A stretch of DNA of 64,000 bases from Piromyces finnis finn (lineage: Eukaryota; Fungi; Neocallimastigomycota). The notes under the pieces were generated by a model that worked only from the letters and a program-made list of their open reading frames with translations, made no database searches and had not been told where the DNA came from. Made by a program: the position numbers and the translations under genes. The stretch's first letter is position 1. Each line of letters opens with the position of its first letter. The DNA lies in contig MCFH01000002.1 of NCBI GenBank assembly GCA_002104945.1, positions 310,001 through 374,000 of the forward strand. Reading direction: 5' to 3'. Positions 1-15,000 of this stretch are shown in pieces.

Positions 1-1
1 C

Positions 2-3000
2 TTTTGTCAGAAGAAAATAGAAGAATATAACAATTCTCCAGAAGGTCAAAAAAGAAGAATAACTACAATTTTAACTCCTGAAACAATAAAGAAAATAAAA
101 CAAATTATTTTTGGTTTATTGGCAAATACCCCAATGATTATAAAAGGTTTTACTTCTGCTGGAAAAAGTTTCAATGCTATTGTAAGTTCTGTTATTCATG
201 GAGGTCAATCTCCTGTTTCAATAGTCCTTTCAGAAAATACAACAGTAGAAGATTTGTTAGGAAAATACATTTTACAAAGAAAAGAGTCATCAATGATGTC
301 TTTTGTTCCAGGTGTATTGTTAAAAGCTTATATTGAGGGAAAAATACTTATTTTAGATGAATGTGATTTAGCCAAGCCTGAAGTTTTATCTTGTATTTTA
401 GGATCTTTATCAAAAGACGAAATTACTGTAAATAATAGAATTTATAGAAAAACAAAAGGTTACAATGTTATATTAACTATGAATGGTGAAACAGAAGGGT
501 TCACTAGTACTCAAAGAAACGAACTCAATTTAAATATTTTATCAAAATTTGTTATCATAGAATTTGATAAAATGAGTAAAGAAGAATGTGAACTTATATT
601 TATGAAGCTTATGCCTAATGCTTATAAACAAAATGTTCCTAATTTTGTAAATTTACATAATAGGATGTTAGAATATTCACAAAAGACAATTGATCCTATT
701 GTTACCTTAAGAAATTTAAAAGCATGTATTTATTTATTGAAAGTTAATATACCAGTTAGAGCCTCGGCTGAAATTGCTTATTCAGGAAGATTTCCTATTG
801 ATGAAAGAAATGAATTTAATGATATTCTTGGTAACTTTGGAAGTGATGATATTGATAGTAATATTAAGAAAGAAATAATTAAAAGGTTTGATGAGTATAA
901 TTTATACTATAATGACTCCTATTTAAAATGTGCTTACTTAGCATTGTCGGCATGTAAAGCTGGTCTTCACCCTCTTTTAATTGGTAAAAATGGATCAGGA
1001 TTAACAGAATTAGCTAAATTTGTTGCTTGCAATTATTCTATTAGTACTGATACATTTTTAAGTGAATCTAAAAGGACTAATGTTGAAGTAGTATGTCTTG
1101 GTTCTGAAACATCAACAGATGATTTAGTGGGTTGTTTCCAGCCAATATTATGTAAAACTGAAGATTTAACCAAACTTATTTCATGGGTAGATGGTCCAAT
1201 TTTTAGAGCAGGAAAAAGTGGAAATCCTGTAATATTAGATGGAATAAATTGTGCTAAATCACAAGTTATAGAATATTTAAATCCATTGTTGGAAGATAAT
1301 TCAGTTTTTAATAATGTTAAATTTAATGTAAAAGAAAAGGGCGATGAAGAATATGTTAATATAGAAAAAGGCTTTATAATTATTGGTACTATGAAGGTAG
1401 AAGAAGGAATAGAAAAGATATCAAAAGCTTTGATGAATAGATTTGTAGCTATATATTTGGACGACTTTTCATTAAATGCTGAAGTAATTGAAAAAATAAC
1501 ATATTTAACAGTTAAAAAACTTGAAAATAAAAATAAAAAAAGTTTTGAAGTAGATGACACACTAACTAATAATTGTGATTATAATAAGATTGAAAATGAA
1601 AGTTTATTAGAAATGGAGGATGAAAGAATTGAAAGAGATGAGGAGGAGGATGAAATCACTTCAGAATCAGACTTTGATGAAGAAGAAGATGGTCAAGGTA
1701 TTGTATTTTCAGATTCAAATGAGGAAGAAAGTGAAAATGATAAAGAAGGTGAATTTAATAACTTATCACATTTTACTAACGAAAGAAATAATGCCAATAT
1801 TTCTTCGGAATATTCAAATGATAATTGTGAAACAAAGGAAGAAGACATTCCTAATTGGTATAATATGAACAATTTTAATAGTATAAATATAAAAGAAATA
1901 GTAGAACTACTTAAAAATGTTGAATTTAAAAATATTAAGACGTTAATTAAAACAATTACTAAATTATATTATATTATTCAAAGAACTAAAATGTCTGGTT
2001 CTGATTCTTATACTTTTTTAAAATTAACAGATGATATTTTTGATTTAAAAAATATAGATAAGTTAATATCAGATGTATTAAATGATAATGAAAAAGGCAG
2101 TAATATATTTTTCTTTAATAATAATAAAATAGGTAATGCAAAAAAAATGATATTATCATTAATTTTATCTGATCTTTCTTGTTCTCCAATATTTATACAA
2201 GGAACAGCAGGCACAGGAAAGTCTGTAGCAGTAAGACATTATGGCTCGTTTAGAAAATTCAGAAATAGAGATCCAATATTAACCATTAGTTGTAGTTCCG
2301 AAATGACTTTTGAACAATTTATTGGAACTTATAGTTTTAGAAATACATCTTTCCAATTTATTGAAGGACCATTATTAACGGCTATGAGGAATGGTGAACC
2401 TATTCTTGTTGATGAATTTAATTTATGTTCTGAAGAAGTACTTCTTAGCTTACTCCCATTATTGAAGGCTGAGATTAATGATAGTATCCAATTAAAAGGT
2501 GTTCCATATAAGGTTAAAATTAATCAAGGTTTTGTTTTTATAGCTACTGGAAATAATGATAATGAGTCTGGTAGGAAAAAATTACCTAATTCAATATTGG
2601 ATGAATTAATAAATGTAAAAATTTCAAATCCATCTTTAGAAGAATATAAAGGATTAATTGATGAAATAATAAATAATGAATATAAGGAGTGCAGTAGGTA
2701 TATATCTTCTGATAATATATGTGATATTGTTGAAGTAGTTGAATCAGTGGCACAACAGAGTTTCACATTAAGACATATCAAAATTTTATTAAATAGAATA
2801 AAAAGATTTTGTACTGAGGAATTAACATGCTTAGAAATTTCAAACGAAGAATATAGAAAAATACCAGTTGCCTATGTAATAATAAGTTTCATAATTCCAA
2901 GTTTAAAGGTAGGTAAAGAGAGAATAGAACAATTAGTTGAAAAGATCGGTATTATTACTAATATAGATAGTAAAGAATTATTAGAATTTATAAAATCTGA

Positions 3001-6000
3001 AGCTATAATAGTTTCTAGGCAAAGTAGATATTACTTGAAAAAGAATTATATTAAAAAAGGGAAAATAATATTAAGTACATCTTTAAAGAAAAACTATCCT
3101 CCAATTATTTTACAAACTTATTTTTGGATTCGTATGTCATGTTCATTAAATTTTGATAGTCCTTCCGAAGAAACTCTACTTTTAGTTGGTGAAACTTCAT
3201 ATAAATCATATATATTGGAACAATGGTTGGATTCTTTAGAAAGTGATTCTTATGAAGAACATTTTGTAACTGGAAATACTGAAACACAAGATTTAATAGG
3301 TATCTCAACTTTAGAAAATAAAGATAAATTGTCTAATTATATTGATTCTCTTGTAGAAAAAGCTATATTATATTTACATGGAGATAGAAAGAATATTAAT
3401 GGAGCAAGAGAAGAGAAACTTAGATCAATTATGAATGAACTTGAAATAGATGAAAAGGGTATTATCCATAATAATAAAAACAATGTTTGTTTAGAATTCA
3501 TTTATAGATGCATTAAAGAGTTAATTAACTTAGAAGAAAATTATGATAAATCAATGGGAATAAAAACAGTTACATCATTTAATTTAGGTATAATATCTTC
3601 TGCTTGTATCTTTGGAAAAAAATTAATTATAAAAGGAATAAATCAAATTTCATCATCAGTACTAGAAAGAATAAATTCTGTGTTAGAATACCCAAGAAGT
3701 CTTGTCCTGAATGAAGATACTCAAGGGATATTTAATAATCAAAAAATATTTAAAGATTTATACAAAAGCAATAGAAGAAGTATTCCAATCTCTAATAAAT
3801 TTACATTATGTTTTACTTCAAGAGAAATAATTAATGGAAAGTTATCTGAGGCATTTAAATCAAGATGTTCTACAATTATTTGTCCTAGTTATGATAATTC
3901 ACTTTATCTAGGCATTATACAAATAGATAAATATGAAAATTATAGTTTAATTGCAAAATCTATTATAACAAAAAATGAACTTCAGAAAGAAATAATTAAA
4001 TTATACAATAAAATAACAAACAATAAAATTATAATTCCCGTACTTTCATTTATAAGATGGTGTAATACTACTGAAAGAATTAGTGAATATTTGCAAGATA
4101 CAAGTTTTAAAGAAATAGTAGGAATAGCTGTACTCAGAAGCATATTTGATGGATTTGAACCAAACAATAGAACTAGAATTATTAGAGAATTATTACTAGA
4201 ATACCTACCTGAAAATTTATATAATTTAATAGTAAATGATGAAAATAATGATGATTATAAACCCCCATTTGAAATTGAAAATAAAGATGAGGATTTTAAA
4301 TATGTTAAGTCAATTTATAGTGGAATTAAATTACAAGTTACCAATCCAAAAATTGATAAATTAAATGAAATAAAATGGACTAAATCAGCATCAGATATGG
4401 CAGATTCAATTTTAACTTCACTAGTAGCTCATACAATGTTAATATTTGAAGGTCCTCCAGGAAGAGGTAAAACAGCAATAGCAACTATTATTTATGAATT
4501 TCTAGATATAGATTATAGAAGAATAAATTTATCACCTTCTACAACAGAAGAAGATATTTTTTCTAGAACGGTCCCAAAAATTACTAATGACAGTAATGAG
4601 AAAAATATTAAAACGGAAATACAATTAGGACCACTTTTACAAATAGTACAAAAAAGCTCAAACTCAATCAAATATTGTAAAAATGCTTTATTATTGGATG
4701 AAATTAACTTAGCATCTAATGAGTTATTAACTCAATTATATTCTTTTTTAATTTCAATATTTTATAAAAAAGAATATCATACTTCATATGGCAAAAACTA
4801 TAAAATAGGAAAAATTGGTGTTATAGCAACAATGAATGATGCAAAATTATCAAATGCAAGAACAGCACTTTCATCAAATATTTTAAATCTTAGTCATACC
4901 TTTAAATTATCAAACTATGAGCAAAAAGAAATGATGATTTTGGCTAACAATATATTAGGAAGAGAAAAGTTATTCAAAAAAAAAGAATTCATGATTAGAA
5001 CATTAAATTGTTTCTTAAATTCACAAAAATATATTAAAAACAATTTAGAGATAGGAGGATTTACTTTAAGAGAAATTTTAAAGATAGGTGAGTTTACTAA
5101 TAAATGTCCTGATGTACCACTTGATGCTTTGTTAGAAATAGTATTATGTTCAAATATGTCGGATGAAGATGCCTATAAATTTAAAGAAGAAAATCAATTT
5201 ACAAATACTCTTAGTAATATAACACCTGATATTAAAAATAATAAACTACGTTTTAAAGATTTGATAGAATATGATTTAATTAGATTTAGATGTGATGGAC
5301 CATTAAAAAGACAATTTACATCCCCCGAGAAGGATGCTTTAATGAAAATATTAATTGGACTTAAAGCAATGAGAACGATTTTATTGTCCGGAGATATTGG
5401 AACTGGAAAGACATATATTGTGGAAACGTTGGCTGAAATAATTGGGGTAAAGTTAAATATAATTCAATTTAATGCGGAAACATCATCATCAGATACTATA
5501 GGAAAAACTGAAATGAGTGTAGATTCAAATGAAGAATATGATATTAAAAAGGAATTAAATAAATTAAAAAAAATATTAATAAAGGAAAAATGGCCTAGGA
5601 TAACTTCTTTTATATGTATGGATTTTTATAATTCTAAAGATATAAAGAAATTTTTTGGAAAGTTATGTAAAGAAAATCCAATAAGTAATGAAGCTAAAGA
5701 TCAATTAGAAATTTATTGTTGTAAATTAGAAAAATATTCTACATTATCATTTACTAATTTTGAATTCAAAAAGTCATTGCTACTTAATGCTATGGAGAAA
5801 GGAGAGTGGATATTAATTGATGATCTTAATTATGCACCACAAGAAATTGAAAGATTAATGCCATTATTAGAAGAAAGCCCTTCATTAACGATTTTTGAAC
5901 AAAGCCCTCAAATTAAATATTCAAGAAACTATATTGAGGATACTGATACTATAAAGCATATACAAATACATAAGAATTTTAGACTTTTTTTAATTGCATC

Positions 6001-9000
6001 TAATGAAAATGCTTTATCTACAGCTATAAAATCAAGATGTTTATGTGTTAGGCTTAAGCCTTTTGAAAAACCACAGCATTACTCTGAACTTATATATAGC
6101 TGTTTAAGTAATTCTAACCTTCCTGAAAATGATATTATTTCAATTGCAACACATTTAGGTAGGGCATTTCATGATATTAAAAATAGTGAAAAGGAAATAT
6201 ATTTCTTACTTAAAAATTTGAAATTGACACCAGTCAACTTAGTTTATCTTTCAAAGGTTTTGTCTAATTATTCAGAAGTGAATGGGAAAACTTTATTTGA
6301 TGGTATAAAATTCTGTATCTTTTCAATGTTTAAGAATAAAAATGAGCAAATTAGCAGATTTAAAAAATCATTATCTAGTGAAATAGATTTTAATATTTCT
6401 ACTTATAATACCGGGATAATGAAAGATAAAAAGTATATTCTATGTAAGATTGAAATAAAAATATTAAGTTATGCTAAACTATTAAAAAATAAAGAAATAA
6501 GCAATAATGATATTGATAAAGAATTTAATGATAAATTGAATTCATTATTTAAAAAAAAATACAAAACTAAAAGAGTAGCAAACATAAAAATTAATAATGA
6601 AAAAGAAAATGAAATAATTGATTTTATAAAAAGAGCTAAAAATGACATAATTAATAATTTAGAACAATTTACATTAGAAGATATCGAAGAATATAAAGAA
6701 TATATTGAAGAAGTTTTATTTATATTAGAAAATTTTATTCCTGAAGAAAAAGAAATATATGATTATTTATACTATCTTAAATATTTAAATTTATTATTAA
6801 AAGAATTAACTTCAATTAAAAACAAGAAAGTTAAGGGATTAAAATTAAATACTATTGAAAATTCAAAAGATTACTTTTTACAATTTGGAGATTCTAAAGA
6901 GGAAGCAGAAGAAAATGCTTTGAAGGTGTATTGGTTTAGAAATGTATTAAATGGTTTTGATATCTTTATACCAGAAAAAGTTTCAACAAAAAATTTAAAT
7001 TTATCAATTATTAATATATATTATAATCATTATGCTGAAGAGTATAATACATTACCTTTGGATTATACATCCAAAATTAAGATAGAACCTTATATTTATT
7101 TAAAATTCCTAGAAAACATTAAATTACGAAAAATATTAAAATATTTTAATTTTACCATTAATGATGGTTATATAGAAGAAATATTTTATACTTTAGTTCA
7201 TTACAAAAAATCTATAGAAATTCATACTTCAGTTAATGAAATATTAGAAATTATAATGTTTATTGGAGAAAACTCTAAATTTATTATTGAATATAATAAT
7301 GGATACTGTATTAATAAATATAAAATAGAAGAGTTAAGAGACAACTTGAAATTGAATGAATTATATAGTAAATATAAATATAATGTAAAAGACATATATA
7401 AGAAAAATATGGATTATATAATTCCATTAAGCTTAAAAAAAAATAATAATTTAATAGGAGGAAATATCTATTGGTTTTATAATATTTTCGCTAAAGAATA
7501 TGATCTAAAGTCTGTTATTAACAATAATATGCTATGTGAATTTAATAAAGCAATTGAAAATATATTAAGATTAAAAACATATAATACAAAAAATATGGAA
7601 GGAATATGGAATAATGAATTAAAAGATATATTAAATAAGGGCTATCAATTAATCTATTCTTTACAAGGTTTGAAAAATATTCTTTTGGAAGAGGAAAATA
7701 AAGAAGAAAAAATAAAAGAATTCATCGAAAATATAATGACTTTAAAAAAATATAAGCTATTTCATATGTGTGAATCAAAAAATGTTATTATAGAAAATAT
7801 TATTAATTTAATAGATTTAATAAAAGATTTTTTTAAAAGATATGAAATTAATATATGGGATGAAATGGAATTATTTAAAAATACTTGTATTATATATTTA
7901 GAAAGTGAAAAATTGAAAGAAAAGTATGAAACAGAAAAAATAAAATACGTTAATCAATTAAACCAAATTTTATTAAAATTAAATAATATTTGTAATCAAG
8001 ATAATAAGAATAAATTTGATTCTATAGATAAGGAAATTAGAGGATTATTAAAATTTATAAATAATACGGATATAGAAGATATAGCCAATAAAATCAGAGA
8101 AATTGAAAAGCAATTAAGTATGTTTAAAATAGCTAATGATGATAATATTAATAAAATGTCTTCGAAAAAATCACAAATATTAAATGACACTAATGTTAAT
8201 AATAATAATAATGAAACTATTAAATCAGAAGTATTAGTGAAATATTCTAAATTATGTAACATTATTAATAGAATGAAAAAAACCAAGGAACAACAACTGC
8301 TTATAAATAATATGTTTATGTTTTGTGACATTTCTACTTTAGATAATTTTATTAATACATATAAAGTTTCGTTTATGAAATGCTTAGATGATAAATCTGT
8401 TTTAGAAGTTTTAATTAAAGAGTTAAAACATTTAGTGAATTCATTATTAATTTCGGATATAATTAATATATATAATGAATATTCTCAATATGAGGATTAC
8501 TTAACATTTATTAAAGAAATACTTTCAAATAATTTAAATTATATAAAAATACTAGGTAATTATTTTGAGGACGATGCTTATATATATTTACCAAAACTTG
8601 ATATTATTGATTTAAAATATTGTGTTCAATATGGTATTAAAAATAAAGAATACGGTTCATTAATTAAATCAATAACACATGATTTAAATATTAAAATTCG
8701 TAACCCAGAAGAAGGCGAAACAACTGAAGAATATTTAAAATATTTAATTTATCAATTTGATAAAGATATTGATTTTTCTCATAGTATAGAAGAAATAATT
8801 TTATCTCTTGATAAAAAACATATAGAAACGGTTAAAAATTTATATAATGCTGCTAAAATAGTAGAATTATTCAAAAGCATTAAATATGATTATAATAAAG
8901 AATGGCTTATGAAAGATGTTGATGAAATGAAAAACTCATACTGGAAAGAGCCAGGTAAAATTCTTGTTAAATATAAATATAGTTCTTTGCTCCATTTTAA

Positions 9001-12000
9001 TCAATTTAGTGATAAGAATATATTTGATGGGGAAAAAATTATTGCGAAATCTCTTTATGCAGCACATGAAGCATTAAATTTAAAAAATATTCAGTATAAA
9101 AAAGGTATCCTTAATGATATTCTTACTGAAGTTTTAAATAATATTTATAATGATACTATAAATAATTATAATTATGGATACAGAACTATCTTATTTTATA
9201 ACAATAACATATATAAAGATAATGTTGGTGAAACAATGGTCTCAATTATATATTCTGCATTTGAAATATTATTACAAATAGATGATATTGTAGAAAATTA
9301 TCATGTTAAGAATATTATAAAAGAAATTATTAATAAATTTATAGTTAATTGTATAAATTATGAATCACCGGATTTTGATAATATCGATATTACTAATATT
9401 TGTAATATATTAATAAATAATTCTTTGAGTAAATATAATTTAATGTATAAAAACAAAAAAGAAGAATATGAAGAAGAAATTATAACATATAGAGAAAAAT
9501 TTATAACTATTGTCGAAAAATTAAAAGAGAAATATGAAAATATTTATGAAACAGAGAAAAGCCAGTATTTAAAAAAATTAGAAGACTATAATAATAAAAT
9601 ATATAATTTAAGAGAAAAATATAAAAAGGAATTTACATTTGATAAGTTTATTACTAATATATATACAAAAAAAAATAAAAACTATAGCGACTGCGACCAA
9701 GATAATAAAGAAGCCAAGAAAAAATATACGGAATATATGAAAAAAAATACTGAAGATGAAGAAATTCTAAAATATTACAAAATAAATATAAGTAAACCAT
9801 TCGATGAAAATATTGATGAAAAAATAAAATCATTTAATAAAGAATGCAATTCATTACTATTACTAGAGATATACGATATAAATATTTTTGAATATAAAAC
9901 TATAATAAATAGTAATAAAATAACTAATTTTATAGAAGATGATAGAGATAAGCAATTATATTTAAAGTATGAAGATAATTTGAAAGAAAAAATAAATGAT
10001 TATATTAACATTATTAATGACAATAAAAATTTCATGAAAGAAATAAAGAATATAACAATACCCTCATATAGATGTTCAGAGTATAATATTGAAGCTGATG
10101 TTAAAACATTGATGGAATGGATTAAAAAGCTATTAAATTGTAAAATAAATATGAAAATTAATGAATATAAGGAAATTCCTCATAATAAAGAAACAAACAT
10201 TACAGAAACAATAAAAATGTATTCAACAGACACAAATTGGATAAATGATAGTAAAAATAGACCAAGTTTCTTACTTGATAATATTAATATAGATCTAGGT
10301 ATTTACATTTTAAAGCAAATTCATGTAAATAATGTTGGTTCTGTAATTTTTAACAATACCTGTTCATATCCAATTACTTTTGAATTAGAGCAAAGTGAAA
10401 AGAATGGAATCAAAGCATATACAAATGGAAATACAATACAACAAAATAAACCATTGAATATTAAATTTAGATTAAATAAAAATCCCGATACTAATGAGAC
10501 AATAAAATGTGAATTCTATATTAAATTAATTAAAAATAATGAAGAATGTGACAGATGTAAAGTAGTAGCTTATTTAAATGTAATTCCATTTTGTATAAAA
10601 TTTAAATTTAATGAGAAATACAATATAGATGAAAATAACAATTTAAGTATAAATCATTATATCAATGATTCATTAGAAATTATGTATAATTATCCAGGAA
10701 ACTATTCATCTAATAACTTAGGTATTATAATAAAACAAAATGAAGATAATTGTAATAATGATTTAACTATTGAACAACAACAAGGTATAATAAGATCGAC
10801 ATTTAAATCAAAATTACAACAACCTATTGTAAAATGTTCATATAATAAAAAAATTAACTTAAATAAATTACAATTGATCAATTTAAACCTTAATTTTCCA
10901 ATTCCAACATATTTTGGTCTTGTTGTATATGATGAAAAAGAAATAAATATGCAATCCATTGATGTTGAAAAAGATAATCCAATAACATTATACTTATTTA
11001 ATATGAGTGCCACTTCAATAAATATTAATTATCATTATAACAATAGAAATATCGAATTAATGGAAAAAACTGAAAATATAAATCCTGGTGAAAAGAAGAA
11101 ATTAATATTTAAAGTTTTAAAAGAAAGTTATTCTGAAAATCTTTATTTAGGTATTAATAACAAGAATATTGATATCAATGTTATTAGTTTACCTAAATTA
11201 ACAAAAGAAAAACATTTTATATTAAAATATAAATATATATGTTGTAATCTTATAACTAAAAGTATACAAAATAAACTTAAGTGTATTATAATTGATAATC
11301 AATATAAAATAATCCAAAAAGATAAAGTAGAAACCATAAAATATAAATACGATAGTCTTAGCTCTTGTTATCTACTATATAATAATAAAGTATGTGATAA
11401 AGTAATTAAAGAAGAAAGTAACTATAATTATAATAAAAATGTTAATTGTTCTGTTTATGGATTCAGTAATAACAATTTATGTACAAATAAAATTTATAAT
11501 GTAGATATTGTTCTAAAATATGAAAGTAAAAATAATCATGTATTTTCTACAAATCAAATGAAAGAATTTTCAAAAATATTAAAAGATGAAAAATTTAAAA
11601 ACGATCTTCAATCTAATGATAGAGAAAGAATAGAGGCCTCAATAAATAAATTAATAGATGCAGAATTGAGCCTCAACGAAAATATTAATGAAAATATTAA
11701 AAATATAAAAATTGATGAAAGTGAAAAAACATCCATTAAAAATATAATAGTATATCTTATGAAAATGTCGAATGATTATTTAATTGATAACTTTATTGAA
11801 CAATTAAAGAAATGGTTAAAAGAAATGTATAATAGAAGTATTTTACTTCCATATTTTAATGTAAATACTGAATTGAATGAGAATATCAAAGATTTTTTGA
11901 ATAAATTAAAGTATATTATTAGTTTTGTAGATATAGTTGTTAATCCTATGATATTGAGCGAAGATATTTTGGACTATATCAAAAGTAGTTCTAATAGTAA

Positions 12001-15000
12001 TATAAAATTAATTAGTAATTACAGAGAATTAACTAACATCTTTAATCGGTGCTTTAGATATGGTCTTGAAAAAGATAGTGAAACTTCAGAAATAATATTT
12101 TATGATGGTAAATATGTTAAAGGTGATGTCTTTGATGCGTTTGATAAGCAAATTAAAAATTCGAAAATGGATAATCAAAGTTATAATATTGATAAAATTA
12201 ATAATTTCATTAAAATATACAGGAAAGAAATCCAAGAAATTATAGATAAAATAATAAATAATAAGGTTAGTATATCAAATTTACTTAATATATTAGATGA
12301 ATGCATTGACATAATTGCCAAATGTCCATTAATATTATCAACAATAGATAATAATAAAGAACTATTCAATTACTGTATTTCAAATAGTCAAAGAATATAC
12401 GATTTTATATATAAATTAACGAAATCACCAATTAATGAAACACATTTTTCTAAAAGAATATGTAAAACTCTTTATGCCATCCATAATATATTATCACAAT
12501 ATGAATTTTTTGATTTATTTACTACTATATCAAGTCATTTTGATTCTTCTTATATAAAAACATATGGTGCCATAGTTCAATGTGAATTACCTTTTGATAA
12601 CACTTACGAAAATGATATTACAGCTAGTAAAAAAATGAATAAAAAATGTAATTCATACGAAATAAATAGTAAAAGAAGAAATGCCCATTTTAGTAAGTCA
12701 CAATTTGCTTCAAGAGAATATGAAAATTATAAAAATGAATCTTTTAATAATACAAATAATGTCGAAAAACCTATATTTGTTAAAGAGAATAAAGTTGATC
12801 ATAAAAATAAATTTACCAGAGTACTATCAGATGAGGAAATAAATAAACTATCAGTTCCATACTTTAATCAAAACATTGAAGAGAATAAGGAAAAAGATAG
12901 TAATGATGACAATATATTAGAAAATAACATTTCAGATATTTTACAAAATCAATGTAAAGATATAAAAATATCAATGGATATATTGGAAGCAAACTTTGGT
13001 AAAATAACACCAGAAAAATTTTTAGAAATGATATTAGAAAGAACAGCATGTCTTAATCAATCATTATCTGAAATTAGATATTCAATGGTAAAAAGAGATG
13101 GTTTAAATAAAGATGGTTCATTTAATTATTATGATGAATGTTCAGAAGCATCATCCTACATTCAATCGATCATTTCTAATAGTTTAAAATCTGAACTAGA
13201 ATTTATAGATAATAATAATATACTATTACCTTATAGTGTAGTGGATAGTTATGTTGACATAGCAGTAGACATTACTCATATGTCACCAATTCAAAGAATT
13301 GCTAGTCTTGTAATTTCAACAGGGTTATCCATTTCTTTGAGCAGCTACGGGATCAAAATAAGAATTTCTGTTTTTGGAGAAAGAAATGGTGTTTGGATTT
13401 TTTCTAATGATTTTGAAACAAGTATTGAAATCCAATTATCAAGATTAAGAGATGCTCTTTCAAGTAAAAAAAGATACATGTCTATCCCGGGAGATGCCTT
13501 ACTTTCATTGAAGAAGGATTGGATTGAAAAAGAATATGAAAATAAAAAAACAAAATATACATCAGTATTAATATCCTCATTAATTTCACCTCAAGTTGTA
13601 AATAAAGTGGTTAAATGGGATGAAATCATTTCAAATAATATAGTTGTATTTGGACTAAAATCTGATTTTAGTGAGGAATTTATGAAGAGACATAAAGTAT
13701 ACGAACAATTATTACAAGTTCCATCAAAAAATAATGAAAATATAACTCAACAATTTTTAGACCCAATGAACGTGATAAATCAGAATGAATCAGAAAGTGA
13801 ATTACTTGAAATATTATGTAAATCATTAGTAAGATCTTGTAGATACAAATTAGAAGAGGACAAAGATAACTTTAAAGAAACCAAAATTATTGTAAATAAC
13901 AATCATAATGATTTGAATGAAGAAATATCATTAAAATATCTAATTGAATCTATTCTTAATAACAGGAACGATGTAACATTCTTTGCTCAAAATAAAGAAC
14001 ATACCACTACTGAAGTGTATAATTTGAATAATAGTTTTGTACAAACAAAGACACAACTTCCTTCAATATATGAAGAAACCCAAAATAGTATATTATGTGA
14101 TAACGGCAGCATAGGAGTTCTTAAAGATGCTGCGGAAAAGTTATTAAAGACTTCATTTGGATTAGCCTTTCCACCAAATGCTTCTTCGAAAAAAGTCCCA
14201 ACCGCATCAGGAGGTACAATATCTATACCAGCTCTTAAAAAATGGATTGCTTCAGGATTCACGTATAAAGAGATATTTTTGAAAAAAGCTGGAAAAACAA
14301 AAAGAAAATATAAAATTACTGTAGCCATTGATTTCTCATCATCTATCCATTTATCATGTAATTATTCTCATGCTATTTCAACCACCTTATTATTATTAAT
14401 AGCCCCATCAATTCTTCAAGATAATGAAGAAATTAGTATAGATGTTATTATAAGCACTATTGATGGACCAAAAATCATGTATATATCTTCCAAGGCAAAT
14501 ACTTTTGAATCTATTTCTTATATTCAATCCATTATTAATATTATTGATAAAGAAGCTCCTAAATTCTGTACACCAGGTAATACCTTAAATGCTGCTTATC
14601 AATTACAATTAGAAAAAAGCGGTATAAACATGGGAAGAAATATATTCTTTATTACTGATGGTTATGTCACCTCCAGAAAAGAGGTTATGTTTGCTAATTC
14701 GATTATCAGTAGTTGTGAAAATTCTGGTATTGAATTAATGACATTTGGTGTCGGTTCATATCCTTATGGAATCAAGCAATTGTATCCAAAATGTTGTTAT
14801 GCACCATCCATACTAAATCTTGCTGATGCTCTTTCCTATTTATTTTCTTTATCAAGAAATCCAGCATGTGATAAAATTATACCTCAAGTCATTATTAGTT
14901 CTATATCTGAAGAGCTTCAAACGAAGCTTTCCGAAATGATTAACCAACCACCGGATAATACAGAATTACAAGAAAGTATAGAAAATACATTAATGGATTA

